A stretch of 63,920 nt of DNA, filler included, from Octopus bimaculoides (Eukaryota): NCBI RefSeq assembly GCF_001194135.2. It is 5 parts of 4 records of this genome, joined end to end, with 100 filler letters (N's around TTAATTAATTAA, not from the genome) between each part and the next. Parts side by side here need not be neighbours in the genome. Positions count along the whole stretch, not along the records: positions 26,286 to 49,437 come from NC_068982.1; positions 49,538 to 58,711 come from NC_068998.1; 3 more parts are not named here. One strand, given 5' to 3'. The notes below the pieces were generated by a model. The model did no database searches and was not told the origin of the DNA. It worked only from the letters and a program-made list of their open reading frames with translations. Position numbers and translations under genes: made by a program. Within the stretch, counting starts at the first letter, position 1; each line of letters starts with the position of its first letter. Positions 37,975 to 51,295 of the stretch are shown here, piece by piece.

Positions 37975-39909
37975 TGTATGTATGTCTGTATACAGCTGCT
38001 GCTTATAAATAGTATTCAGCCTGTCTGATGATGTATCTGAAGATTTCATATACGCGTTAGAGTACGTTTATCAAATGTAATATCTCTAGACAATGATATA
38101 ATTTACATTTTTTCATCTCGTGCGGATGTGAGAGATGATTAACATAAGTCGGTCCAAGACTCACGAGAAAATATGGATAAATGAAAACTAAAATCATGGA
38201 ATACAGTGAAAAGCTTTGGCCTTCTGAGGATAACTTCTTCGATGCTTATGCTGTTTTTAACAAAATAATGCGTGTATTGTTCTTGTCGCATCTTATTCGG
38301 TTATCTAAAACGCATGTGTTTGTTTAGCAGTTATTGTACAGCAGTTGGAGTCAGGATTTCGAATTCCAGAAGCTTAAACGTTTCATTTATATATTTTTTT
38401 TTTCTAGTTGTTTTTCGTGAATAAATTGAGTTTTCTAGTTCTGGTATGTTGTTATAGTGTATTTAGCTGTGGTTTATACTTCTTAAACATATTTCCTTCA
38501 TTCAATATCATTCTTTTTTTTTTTTTTTCAGAAGAATTTTAAAAACAAGAAAAAATTTTAGAAAGTTATAACAACTTCATTCGAAAACCTGTATATTTTC
38601 AATAATCTATCAAAGTGTTTAGAAGAAAACGAAAGAAATTTAAGTTGAAATAAAATCGTTTGGAGCCAGGATGAAACCAAACATTTGTGAGAAATTCGAA
38701 TGATGTTGCTCGGAGTTAGAAATTTCTCAATAGATCGTGACATCTTGTTGCGTAAGACATTTGTCATGCGTTTAATCCTTACTGAGCTCGTGTAACAGCT
38801 ACAGCAATGTTTGATTGCAATGGACTAACAGCCTTGTGTGCATTTAAGCGATGATTTCACCTCGTATTTTTTATTGCGTGATATTTGTTGTAAAATTAAT
38901 ATTGTCTTTTCAGTATGTGTCTTATTCCAATGTATATGATGAATACGTTTGTTGTTGAGTATAAAACACTTTCGAAGCATTAAAAACAGTATGAGGTTAT
39001 TCTTTTCTTGTTTTTCGTTTAAAAACCTGTCAGTACGCTTTAATATTCATTTATTTTCTATAATTCGTTCGCAGACCCCAGTGATGAAATTAGGGAAGGA
39101 AAGAAATAAAGAAAGATTTCTCTTCTCTTGATAAATTCTTTTCGTTTATCTCAGTAATAGGGTTGTCGACCGAAATATAGAAAATAAAATTTAAGAAAAT
39201 GCATTGATACGACATTCTAAAATTAATTCTGATAAATGCATATGATTAAATTACTTGTGTGTGTGTCTGTGTGTTTCTGTGTGTCTGTGTGTGTGTGTGT
39301 CTGTGTGTGTCTCTGTGTGTGCGCCTGTGTATGCACGTGCGCACGTATGTGTGTGCGCATGTACGTAATCATATGGAGTGTTAGATATATTACACACGCG
39401 CACACGTACGCATAGGTTTGTGTGAATATTTGTGTGAGGTGGGTCAGCATCTGTGTGCGTGTGTGTATGTGCGTGCGTAGGTGCGTGTGTGTGTGCATAT
39501 ATGCAATCATATGTCTATTTTTTACTTTGTTGCAAGTATACGCCGTTAGATATATTATATACGCTCCCAAGCACGCAAGAGTTTGTATGCATATTTATGT
39601 GTGTGTTTGTGTGTGTGTGTGTGTTAGTAGAATATCTGGCGTCGCCTTGACCGAAATGTGGTTATCAATTCCCCACACTTACTCTTATTGAAGTCGTATT
39701 CTGTTTTAAGAAAACACAATTTTAGTTATTTCATGTAGGAAATGAAACTGGTTACAAATACATTTATAGTAGTCAGGTATCTAGTTCAATATGCTTCAGA
39801 TACACAAATTTCGTAATTTTATTGTGTAAATTACCTGCATGTACTTGTACCATATTAAAGAAGAAAACATAATTAAGTAAATGCGGAAACAGCTTTTCAT
39901 TTAAAGCCG

Positions 39910-40123
39910 TTTACTCTTTTACTTGTTTCAGTCATTTGACTGCGGCCATGCTGGAGCACAGCCTTTTAGTCGAGCAAATCGACCCCAGAACTTATTCTTT
40001 GTAAGCCTAGTACTTATTCTATCGGCCTCTTGTTGCCGAACCACTAAGTTACGGGGAAGTAAACACACCACCATCGATTGTCAAGCGATGTTGGGGGGAC
40101 AAACACAGACACACAAACATATG

Positions 40124-40170
<47 letters not shown>

Positions 40171-40332
40171 GACGGGCTTCTTTCAGTTTCCGTCTACCAA
40201 ATCCACTCACAAACCTTTGGTCGGCCCGAGGCTATAGCAGAAGAAACTTGCCCAAGGTGCCACGCAATGGGACTGAACCGGGAACCATGTGGTTCGTAAG
40301 CAAGCTACTTACCACACAGCCGCTCCTACGCC
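39910..40332 (-). mobile_element. SINE family A, full length, CpG-rich
   Basis: Complete tRNA-like head, internal (TA)n(TG)n microsatellite, core and ..GAAACAAGTAAAAGAGTAAA tail. Confidence 0.95.
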
Positions 40333-40337
40333 AAGAG

Positions 40338-40649
40338 TTTATTTTATTTTATTTATGCATCTTTTTAAAGCCTAGCCAGGCTCATGGGCCCGATTTCCCG
40401 GTTTCTATGACGTATGTGTTCCCCCCAGCTGGACGGGACGCCAGTCCATCGTAGCGTTACTCAAGAAACAGGAAGAAAGAATGAGAGAAAGTTGGGCCGA
40501 AAGAGTACAACAGGGGTCACCCCACCCTGCCGGAGCCTCATGAAACTTGAGGTGTTTTTTGCTCAATAAACACACACAACGCCCGGTCTGGGAATCGGAA
40601 CCACGATCCTCCGTCCGCGAGTCAGTTGCCCTAACCACTGGGCCATTGC
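40338..40649 (-). mobile_element. SINE family C, (AAAT)n-tailed variant
   Basis: Same head and body as 4546-4944 but the 3' part is GCTACGATGGACTGGCGTCCCGTCCAGCTGGGGGG..(AAAT)n. Confidence 0.9.
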
Positions 40650-41000
40650 AATTGAAAATAATTTATCCTTTACTCTTCAATCTATTTAATTCCTGTTTTG
40701 AGGGAATTTTCTCCTCTCCAGCTTGTAACAAATTTTTAGCATGTTTAGAGCCAGTTTGAAGATTCAAAATTTAGTCCAAAGGATTACAACTTCGAACAGG
40801 CAAAGAGTTTATCTGTTTGAGGATCGGGTGGAATTTCAATTTTCAGCCCTATTGTCCCACATGCCCTGAAATGTTCTTTACGGGCCTCCACAAATCTCTT
40901 GTGCGCTTAGTGCATTTAGAATGTCATAACAATCTTAGTCATTTGGATTGTCATAACAACTTGTCTTGCTGCTGAATTATTGGCAATATTGTAGACATAT

Positions 41001-41420
41001 AGGCGCAGGCATGGCTGTCTGGTAAGAAGCTTGCTTCCCAACGACATGGTTCCGAGTTCAGTCTCACTGCTTGACACCTTGGTCAAGTGTCTTCTACAAT
41101 AGCCTTGGGCTGAACAAGCCTTGTGAGTGGATTTCGCAAAGAGAAACTACAAGAAGTCCGTCGTGTGTGTGTGTCTGTCTGTCTCTCCGCGCATGTCTTT
41201 GTGTCCATGTTCGTCCTCCCGCCACTGCTTGACAACCGGTGTTGGTGTGTTTACGTCCCCGTAACTTAACGGTTCTGAAAAGGTTACCGATAGAGTAAGT
41301 ACCAGGCTTAGCAAAAAAAATTAAGTACTAGAGTCGATCCATTCAACAAAAAAATTCTTCAACGAAGTGCTCCAGCATGGCAGCAGTCTAATGACTGAAA
41401 TAAATAAATGATAAAAGACA
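41001..41420 (+). mobile_element. SINE family A, full length, diverged
   Basis: AGGCGCAGGCATGGCTGTCTGGTAAGAAGC head through ATGACTGAAATAAATAAA tail. Confidence 0.9.
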
Positions 41421-42061
41421 AAAGATATGTATATTTTGTACCCGATTTCTAGAGAAGCTTGGAAGAATAACATGCGGAACGGCTTACGAAAAGAAGTATG
41501 AGTGGGATATCTGAAGAAACAATTGCGATAATAATACCTTCATGTGAACAGATTCTGGCTTCGTAAACTGACCAAGAATATCTTTCCCATCATACCATGA
41601 ACAGCATGGAATATAATTCCAGTTTCTCCTTGCTGAAATCCACTAAAACAAAAGAATAGACTACGTCTGTGAGTATTTAATTGGTGAATAAGTTCCTATA
41701 CGTTTGCTTAATGAAACAAATCGCGTCTCCCTGTGTAAATAAACTCAATACACAGAGCACAAGACTTAATTTCCAAGAACAACGCAAACCAAAATTTATT
41801 CGCACGTGCACGCAACACACATGCTTTGCATTAATTAATGCGCAACCAGCAAATGTAACTACGGGTATAATCAAGAAAAAGTCGGATAATATATCTTCTG
41901 GTTATAAGTTCTTGCTCTTTGAGTTCAAATCCCGTGGAGGCTAACTTTATCTTTTTTTTTTTCATTTCAAGATCAATAATGTACCGCACAACCAGGGTCA
42001 CCAGGTATCGATGGCCAACCCTATCAAAAGGNNNNNNNNNNNNNNNNNNNNNNNNNNNNNN

Positions 42062-43593
42062 CCAGATTTATTACTGATAGAGGGTATTCTGAATGGTTCT
42101 GCCTGGGATGGCACATGTCTGTGCCTCTCCGACTATACCATTCGCGACACGCGCCAACTTTTTTGCTAAGACCTTGGCCAAAATCTTCACTTCTGCGTTT
42201 AACAGAGTGATGGGCCTGAAATTCTCTATAACGTTCCCCTTGTCCGGGTCCATTCTGACCAACGTCACTACTCCTCGGTACACAGATCTGGGGATAAACC
42301 CATTCTGTTGCCAGTTCGTGTAAACGTCAGCCAGTAGATGCCCAAACAAGTTTGGCATACATTTATACAGCTCGTACGGAAGACCATCAAGTCCCGGTGA
42401 TCTACCCGCTTTACAGTCGGCAAAAGCCTCCATCACCTCCACAGGTGTGATTGGCTCTTCGCAAGACTCCGCATCCGACCCCGAGAGATACGGAGCCCGG
42501 CAAGAAAGTCCTCGAAGGCTCTCCCACCACCAGGACCGCCGTCACCCCCGAACAGCTTGGCGAAGTACTCCCGAACAGCCTCACACATTTTCTCGGGTTC
42601 GTTTACCAAGACGCCATTATGATTCGTCAAAGACCGTATAGTGGAACTATTTCCTTGCCGGGCTTCCACCACTCGAGCCCATCCATGGGCCTTAATTCCT
42701 TCACTTCCCATCGCACGTAACTTAGCTTTGGCAATACTTCCCATGTGTTGGGCTTCAAGATGCTGGTTTAACTCCAGCCTTTTCACAGTCGCTTGGTCCG
42801 CATTACCAGTCCTCCAGGCTTCTTCTAGTTCCTTAACTAAACCTATTCTACGTCCCTTCTTAGCTAAACTTATGCTAAACCTAATAGATTCATATTTGAT
42901 GGCTCTCTTTAGGGCGTACCATCATTTGTTATTAATGATGGTACCTGTTAATGCCCTCTGTATTAACATCTTGATCCGCTTTCTGTATTCCTCAATCACC
43001 AAAAGGGACTTATTGAGTTTCCAGTAGCCAGATCCCTGACTATGTAACTTATCTATTGTTAGTTTACAGGTAACCATCTTGTGGTCACTATAGCTGACTA
43101 GAAAAAACTGTGGACACTTAGCTATGGACTTATCTGTTTCTCTAATTAATATCCTATCTAGATATGTTCTGGNNNNNNNNNNNNNNNNNNNNNNNNNNNN
43201 NNNNNNNNNNNNNNNNNNNNNNNNNNNNNNNNNNNNNNNNNNNNNNNNNNNNNNNNNNNNNNNNNNNNNNNNNNNNNNNNNNNNNNNNNNNNNNNNNNNN
43301 NNNNNNNNNNNNNNNNNNNNNNNNNNNNNNNNNNNNNNNNNNNNNNNNNNNNNNNNNNNNNNNNNNNNNNNNNNNNNNNGGACCGACACCCCGCCCCCAC
43401 CTCCCACCCCACTCGGAGAAACGTATTTCTCATAGCCGTTCAGGAAGGGGAGCAGATCTCTTGGCCCCTTTACCCAGGTTTCCGTTGCAATAATCACATC
43501 CAATTTTCTTGACCTGATGTCATTTAGGAAACGTCCTTGCTTCCAGTTAGACATCAGGCCACGAACATTTATACAACCTATGTGAATAGACAT
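42062..43593 (-). pseudogene. L1/Tx1-clade LINE ORF2 (APE endonuclease plus RT N-terminus), disrupted
   Basis: INVRGL..DVIIATETW..YLDRIL..SDHK..GYWKLNKSLL (APE); SPGLDGLPYELY..ENFRPITLLNAEVKILAKVLA..QTCAIPGRTI (RT). It contains a stop, a frameshift and N-gaps. Confidence 0.95.
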
Positions 43594-43607
43594 GACTTAC
43601 CTGTTAA

Positions 43608-44330
43608 TCAGGGCTTGTCCAGTGGAGAGGGACCCTCCACCTTTTCTTGATAAAGGGTCGGAAGTGGCAGGTTTTGGGAAATACATTTGTTAAAATCCCA
43701 TCGCGTTACCGACACAGAATTATCAGGTGGAGGGGTAGTCTCCACCTTTTGCTTCTCTCGCGGAATCGGGGCTGGTAATCCATGAAATATAGAATTATTA
43801 AAGTCTAATCTCATTGATGATACTGTCTTACGGTATTTGTTTTATAAGATTCTATGAGTCTTATTTGAGACTTTTCATACATGTCATAGTTGTTAAATTT
43901 CTCCGAAAAGTTATCTTGTTTTTTTTTTTTTTGCAGTCTTAATCAATTGAATATCTCTCACTAACTCTCTTCTGGCAGTCTTTTTTGGTTGTTGCGTTGT
44001 AGTAGTCGCCGCTCTCGGTTGAGTTGCTGATTGTATTTTTCTTTTGTTTGTTGTTTTCTTCCCGTCTTTTTCTTCTTTTTCTTCTTCCTCTTTTTCTTCT
44101 TTCTCCTCTTCCTCCTCTTCCTCATTTTCCTTGCAGTTCCTTCAACAGGCTGAAACGAACATTTCTGTTCCAACGGTAGGTTCCTCGCTAGACGATATTT
44201 TTCCTCCAACGGGGGAATGAACAACGCGTGCCTTCTACAAGCACTTAGTGTTTTCAAATGAAAACTCCAACAGTTACGAAATTCAACAATTTAATAAGAA
44301 ACAGCAGTTATTAGAAACATCAATTATTAT
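43608..44330 (-). pseudogene. Probable ORF1 remnant of the same L1/Tx1 element
   Basis: An ORF ends at 43608, just upstream of the ORF2 ATG; a Glu/Lys-rich low-complexity frame at 43960-44150 is typical of ORF1 tails. No diagnostic motif seen. Confidence 0.45.
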
Positions 44331-44359
44331 CAATAATAACACAAACACATGTGCGACGC

Positions 44360-44440
44360 GTAAGAAACAAAAGAGAAAGACGAAATACTGCTAAGCATTT
44401 CGCCCGGCATGATAACGTTTCTCCTAGCTCGCCACTTTGT
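44360..44440 (-). mobile_element. SINE family B head fragment
   Basis: GACGAAATACTGCTAAGCATTTCGCCCGGC..AGCTCGCC. Confidence 0.7.
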
Positions 44441-45640
44441 TATATTTTAACTATTAAACACATATTAAAGCCTACTTTCGATTCAGCACATGTTAAATAT
44501 CATGTTACTGTACTTTTAAGAGGGCATACTTCCTTTTCATAATTTGCATGTTTATCAAGAGATATTTGAATATATTTAGCAAATACGAAATTTTTATTGA
44601 TTGACTTTACTTTATCCACCGACCCCAAAATGAATTTGTCTGATAACAACTATCCACCTTTTAATCTATTCCACATATGCCATTTGTCTTCACATCAACA
44701 CGTCATTAAATAAACCTAATTATGTTTTATTCGTTTAACTGTACAAAAAGCAATTTAATCGTGTAAATTTGTAGAAAGTAACTCTTCCCGCTCACGTTAT
44801 ATTTAAGTCACACATCAACTTAAAGTCAGTCAAGCTAAACATCAGCAGTATCGATCATGGGAATTGCCTTTCATTTGACTAAACCATAAAAAAATATGAG
44901 CATACATAGCTTCATTGAAAATAAAAGTGTTTGTCAGTCTCGGATCACTGAATAGAGACGCTGATTAGATGGAATGAAATATTACAGTTGATTAAAAGAA
45001 ACAAACATCTAAAGGCACGCATGCGTATTAGAAACATTACATGTAAACTTCAAGGCAATACAGAAGTAACTTTTTTCTAGTTTCAAAAATACACACTGGT
45101 ACAAAACATAAACTCAAATATGTCAGGATACAGATGTTCAACTTCCATCGGTTATTTTTTGTTTGTGTTCGACGTAATTTTGTTTATTCAAACTTACATG
45201 TATATGCTGTGATTTTGCAGTATTTTTATCTTGGTCACACAGTGCGAATGTGTACCGCGTAATATTTAAAATAGTTTTAACAATTGCGAAGTTTTGACAA
45301 CTTCAATTAACATTGTTATTCACGCAGGCAAAAGTCAATACAGGCTATTTCCTTAAATGTATATAATATGTGAATTACAAATATAAAGATTTTAATCGAG
45401 TACTTGAAGGGTGTGATATATAACAAATAAGTCACAACTCCATATGTTCCTTCACACTCCAAAATAGATGTCAGAGAAGAAACTTCATGTTACTACAGTG
45501 ATAATCTATGGTTACAATTGTATCGGTCATTGTACAAAATAGATAAATAATATGACTAGAGGAAAAACTTGTGAAATGATATACTTATAGCAGCTTAACA
45601 CGTCTTACAGTACATGCTCTCATTTATATATGCATATTTG

Positions 45641-45689
<49 letters not shown>

Positions 45690-46029
45690 AACTTTAAAAT
45701 CGGAATATTTAACGTCATTTATATTCCCCAAATTATATTTCCACAACTCTTAGAAACAATACCAATATTCAAAGTTAATTTATGTAATTAATTGTATCTA
45801 ACATTTTTTAGGTGTTTCCGATGTAACTGTTCCATCGTTCATCTAATCGACAAGTAGAAATAATACACAAGATTCTTCTGTATGACAGCTAAAAAGATTT
45901 TCCTTGGTATATTTGTTTGTCACTGATTATTGTATGATTTTATGATTAAGTGTTATATATCAATCAAAAGCTTTCAGTGACAATAACGTAGTAAGCCACA
46001 GAAATGGCTTGCTTACTTTTTATTAATTA

Positions 46030-46215
46030 GTCGATGGAAAGGTAGCGCGTTAGCAGAATAGTTGACGTGTAGGAGAAAATACTGAACAGCATTTTTCCGA
46101 CACCCTGCTGAGGTCAACATTACCTTTCATCCATTCAGGATCGATAAAAAAGAAAATAAACAACCGAGTACTGGGACCGAGTTAATCGAATGGACCCTTC
46201 CTTCAAAATCGCAGT
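46030..46215 (+). mobile_element. SINE family B, diverged
   Basis: GAGGTCAACATTACCTTTCATCC..GATCGATAAAA..GTACTGGGACCGAG core. Confidence 0.65.
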
Positions 46216-46414
46216 ATTTATACTACGAAACTTTTAGTATTCAATAAGGAATATGTGGATGAGTTACAATGAAGATGAAGAAAAATATATGTGACATGGA
46301 GATGGAGAGACGGCTACAAATAGCAACAGAAGTGCACATTAGGCACAGTTATTATAATGCGTTGAAAAATATGAGTATTTATTGTAAGGTAAAGGGGTGG
46401 AGTTATACTCTCTT

Positions 46415-46612
46415 TTTTTACTCTTCTAATTGTTTCAGTCATTTAACTGCGGCCATGCTGGAGCACCACCTTTAGTCGAGCAAATCGACCCTAGGACTTA
46501 TTCTTTGTAAGCTTAGTACTTATGCTATCAGTCTGTTTGCCGAACCGCTAACTTACGGGGACATAAACACACCAGCATCGGTTGTCTAGCGATGCTGGGG
46601 GAACAAACACAG

Positions 46613-46682
<70 letters not shown>

Positions 46683-46847
46683 GATGGGCTTCTTTCAGTT
46701 TCCGTCTACCAAATCCACGCACAAGGCTTTGGTCAGCCCGAAGCTATAGTAGAAGACACTTGCCCAAGGTGCCACGCAGTGGGACTGAACCCGGAAACAT
46801 GTGGCTGGAAAGCAAGCTACTTACCACACAGCCACTCCTGCGCCTAT
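46415..46847 (-). mobile_element. SINE family A, full length, CpG-rich
   Basis: Colinear with 39910-40332, including the internal microsatellite. Confidence 0.95.
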
Positions 46848-49119
46848 CATGATCTAGAAACTTATCTTTAAGTTTATATTCAGTGTTATACTTGATATCT
46901 TTTTATTCATAAACAATTTTCTTACTTATTATCTAAAACCTGTTTTTATTTCATTACTTGTTACACTATATGTGTGGTGTTTGCTAATTTTGAATTTCCT
47001 ATTCATTGAATAAATATTTCAAATATGGAAAAATTGCGATTTTGAACGATTAAATTGAATAAGATGTTCGAAGACATACGTGGAAAGAAGAACTATCATA
47101 CGTTTTTTCTGAAAAGTTGAATTTAGTTCCCCTGAAACACAAATTTGTTCTATATAACAGGTCCCATATTGCAGTTAATTTAAATATCAAGTAATCACCT
47201 AAATAATTATTTTCCTTTTCATATCAATTAGTTAAATATGTCAGTTATTGGCACATGGGAAACGAATATTCATAATGACTTAATACAAACAATTAAGAAT
47301 TGTGAAAAATATCCACAAACGAAGGAAATGATAAAACGAATGTAACCAATGGGGAAGAAAACCTATCAATTTTAAGTAAAGTTACTTTAGATAAATATGA
47401 TACCATACCCCGTGTGTTATTACACTTCATATATTGCCTTCTCAATTATATGGATCGTCCTTAATATATAGAGATAGGAAATAATGAGATAAAATGTTAC
47501 ACACATATATACATACAGACATACATACATCATACATACATACACACACACACACACATACGTACACACATACATATATACACACACAAACATACATACA
47601 TATATACATGCATACATGCATACAGACATACATAAATGCATACATACATACATACATACATACGTACGTACGTACGTACGTACATACATACATACATAAA
47701 TACATACATATACACACACAAAAATACACATGCATACACAATGTTGGAAAGTACATAATTGAATCCATAAAATATTTGACTCAGCTATCAATATATATAC
47801 GAACAATATAAACGATATTCAGCAAGCAGGTTTAAGGATGTAAATTAAAACTGAGTAAGAATGTCTTTATGCGTACAATACTTACTTTCGTCTCACATCT
47901 CCTGATCGTCGCCAATATACACTCACATATTCGTGGTGAAACGACATTTACTTCCATTGTAAACAATGGTGTTAACTTCAAGTTTACACAACATCATTTC
48001 CATTTTGAGAATAAAATGATTTCAGTCAAAGAAAGACGCGTCTCAAGATAACAAGCTAATTTTCCTTGGGAAAAAATATCAACATTATTTCAAAATATAA
48101 ACAGTCTTTCAAAGAACGAGTTTTGAAAAAAAAAAAAAGATACATAACATTAAACAAATAAAAATGAATGATTTGAGAAGACAAGGCCAACGACCTTTTA
48201 AGCTAGAACGGATATAAACAGAGATGTCTGAAAGATAGCAAAATTATTTTCAACAGAAGAAAGAACAGAAGAGTTAAATGTCGAGAAAGGACAGAAAATA
48301 AAACAGAGGATGCAACATCAGGACATTGTTAGAAGCGACAAAGCCGACATAATAAAACGGTTGCCGGACATGACGATCGAAAGCAAACAGTATATCATTA
48401 TTGTTCTAATGATAATTATAAGTTTAGCTTGTGTCTGATTTAGAACATAACAGCGCTGATTTATATAGCATATGTGTAAGTGTCGTGAGCAGCGTAACTA
48501 ACTTCATCCGTTGAGAATGCGGACAGTATTTCCTTTTCTTTCTTTTCTTTTCTTTCTTTTTTTTTTTTTTCTTCTAAAGGTAATCGGATTGAATGAAGTG
48601 AATCGAGAGCGAATGATTTTAATATTCAGATAAAAGACAAGAAAAATAAAGTATGGTGATCGATAAAGACGCTGCAGATAGCTAAAGATGAAAAACAATT
48701 TTAGAATAACACCAGCTATGATATTGAACATATTGGCAATTATTACGATAATAATCATGAACTTGATAATAAAGATGACTCTTGTAATAGAAAATAGAAG
48801 AAAAGAAAGATAGGACAGTGGAAGAATATGAAAGAGAAAAAGAATGATCATAAAAACGTGATATGGATAAAAATGTGTAAGGCTACAATAATAGAAAAGA
48901 TTACAAGAAAAATGCTGATGATGTAAAAAGTAGTACAATACGTAACACTCGTAAAGAGAAGGGAGATAACAATATCTATGGTGTCCAAGATAGAAACGGA
49001 AGAGAGTTTTGAAAGTTTATAACAATTACGTTAGTATTTATTAAGATTTCTAGCGTAGACTTAGCCATAATGATGATGATGATGATGATTATGATGATGA
49101 TGATGATGATGATGATATT

Positions 49120-49295
49120 GTTTAAATATTTGGCAAAGACCAGCAATTTTAGAAGGAGGGAAAGTTGATTTCACCGGTTCCTGTTCTTGATTAGTACTTT
49201 ATTTTATCGACACTAAAAGGTTGAAAGTCAACATTGGCCTCGACTCGATGAGATTTCAGCTCAGAACTTGAAGAACCGAAGAAATGCCGCTATGC
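49120..49295 (-). mobile_element. SINE family B, diverged, between (GAT)n and (ATT)n arrays
   Basis: TTTGGCAAAGACCAGCAATTTT..TACTTTTATTTTATCGAC..GAAATGCCGCTA. Confidence 0.7.
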
Positions 49296-49353
<58 letters not shown>

Positions 49354-49437
49354 TCAAGCGGATGGACGTGTCTCCCGAAGCTCTGTAAGTTGTTGCCGTT
49401 TTTACCCGGAAATCTTTTGAAATCTGTTTTAATTTTT

Positions 49438-49537
49438 NNNNNNNNNNNNNNNNNNNNNNNNNNNNNNNNNNNNNNNNNNNNTTAATTAATTAANNNNNNN
49501 NNNNNNNNNNNNNNNNNNNNNNNNNNNNNNNNNNNNN
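49438..49537. other. Artificial scaffold join N44-TTAATTAATTAA-N44
   Basis: Exactly 100 bp. Confidence 0.9.
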
Positions 49538-49578
<41 letters not shown>

Positions 49579-50154
49579 CATATATGTATATATATGTATG
49601 TGTGTATATATACTTATTTATACATATGTACATTTGTATGTACATGAATGTAGATATATATATGAATATATTTGTGAGTGTTTATGTATGCATGTATGCA
49701 TGTATGTATGCATGTATGTATGTACTTTCGCCTACAAATATATATATATATAAACCTTATACATGTTTGTACGCACACGCACACAGATAAGTGACAGCAT
49801 TACTAATAACACTCAGTTGGCCGAAGGTCAGCAAATTCTTCTAAGAGAGAAAGTTTCAACGTATGTGAAGCAAAGTTGAATTTAATTACAAATAAAAAGG
49901 AAAGGTAACAAAACATAAACAAAGATAACAAAAAAATATAAAATAAAAAAACCAACAGATTGTAGACTTGCCAAATCTAATTAACGTTGGTTATAATAAA
50001 TACGATATGAAGTCAAGGATAATTAGCTGTATGAGATATTTGATGGATATTTAACAGTTATTGTGAAAAGCTGGGATATTTATAGAACTAAGGAGAAACG
50101 ACTAAATAATGGAGAGGACAATATGAGCAACACCGCTGGTTTACATATAAAGCA

Positions 50155-50221
<67 letters not shown>

Positions 50222-50247
50222 TGTAGTAGAGCTAATAATAATAGTTC

Positions 50248-50283
<36 letters not shown>

Positions 50284-50462
50284 GAAAAGAGGAGGAGGAG
50301 GACGCAGGGGACGAGGTGGATAATGGTGACGGTGATGATGATGGTGATGATGATGAGGATGATGAGAAGGATTGTGATGAGGAGGATAGTGATGAGGAGG
50401 ATAGTGATGAGGATGGGGAGAAAGGAGGCGGAGTTGGGGGAGGATAATAATGATGATGATGT

Positions 50463-50502
<40 letters not shown>

Positions 50503-50530
50503 GATGATGATGATTACAACAATAATAATA
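50155..50530. repeat. Compound trinucleotide array (AAT)(AGT)(GGA)(GAT)
   Basis: Seen directly. Confidence 0.95.
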
Positions 50531-50629
50531 ACTGCATCGACACCATAACACCAACAGCAAATAAGAAAATCAACGGAAAGAGTAGTAATAGTAACATGCG
50601 CAACAATAATAACATTAGAAGCAATAACG

Positions 50630-50772
50630 AAGCGGTTCAGTAAAAGAGACCGATAGAATAAGTACTAGGATTCCAAAGAATAAGTCCTGGGGTCGATTTG
50701 CTCGACTAAAGGCGGTGCTCCAGCATGACCACAGTCAAATGACTGAAACAAGTAAAAGAGTAAAAGAGTAAG
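50630..50772 (+). mobile_element. SINE family A 3' half, little diverged
   Basis: AAAAGAGACCGATAGAATAAGTACTAGG..GGGGTCGATTTGCTCGACTAAAGGCGGTGCTCCAGCATG..(GTAAAAGA)n. Confidence 0.9.
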
Positions 50773-51125
50773 AATGACTATTTCTTTATTCACCATATAG
50801 GTTAGCAATGACAAACAACAACGGCTCCAATAGTAACTACAGCATCAATAGCAACATTTGCAATACTAGTAGCAACAGCAAGTATAACAGCAATAGTTAC
50901 GGTAGTAAACCCAGCAATCGTTACAACAGCAGGAGCAGCATTAGGTTACAAACAGTGATATTGTAACAATAGGGAGAGTAATAACAACACCGATAACAAT
51001 AGTAGCGAGAATGGTAGTCGTAACGGCAGTAGCAATGACAGCAGCGATATTAACAACAGTACCAGCATCATCAGTAGCGATACAATCAAAGAATCGACGA
51101 GGTAGCCACGATAGTAATAGTTGTC

Positions 51126-51167
<42 letters not shown>

Positions 51168-51210
51168 CTATATACTCTTCTCCGAATCTGAAATATACAT
51201 ACATACGTAC

Positions 51211-51295
<85 letters not shown>

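Noticed and set aside
38020-38065. CTGATGA..ACGCGT motif
   Set aside because: The GAAA half of the core is missing; too decayed to call.
40650-40960. Protein-like minus-strand frames (KRFVEARKEHFRACG.., ILNLQTGSKHAKNLL..)
   Set aside because: They are interrupted by stops and have no recognisable motif; probably an unidentified decayed TE.
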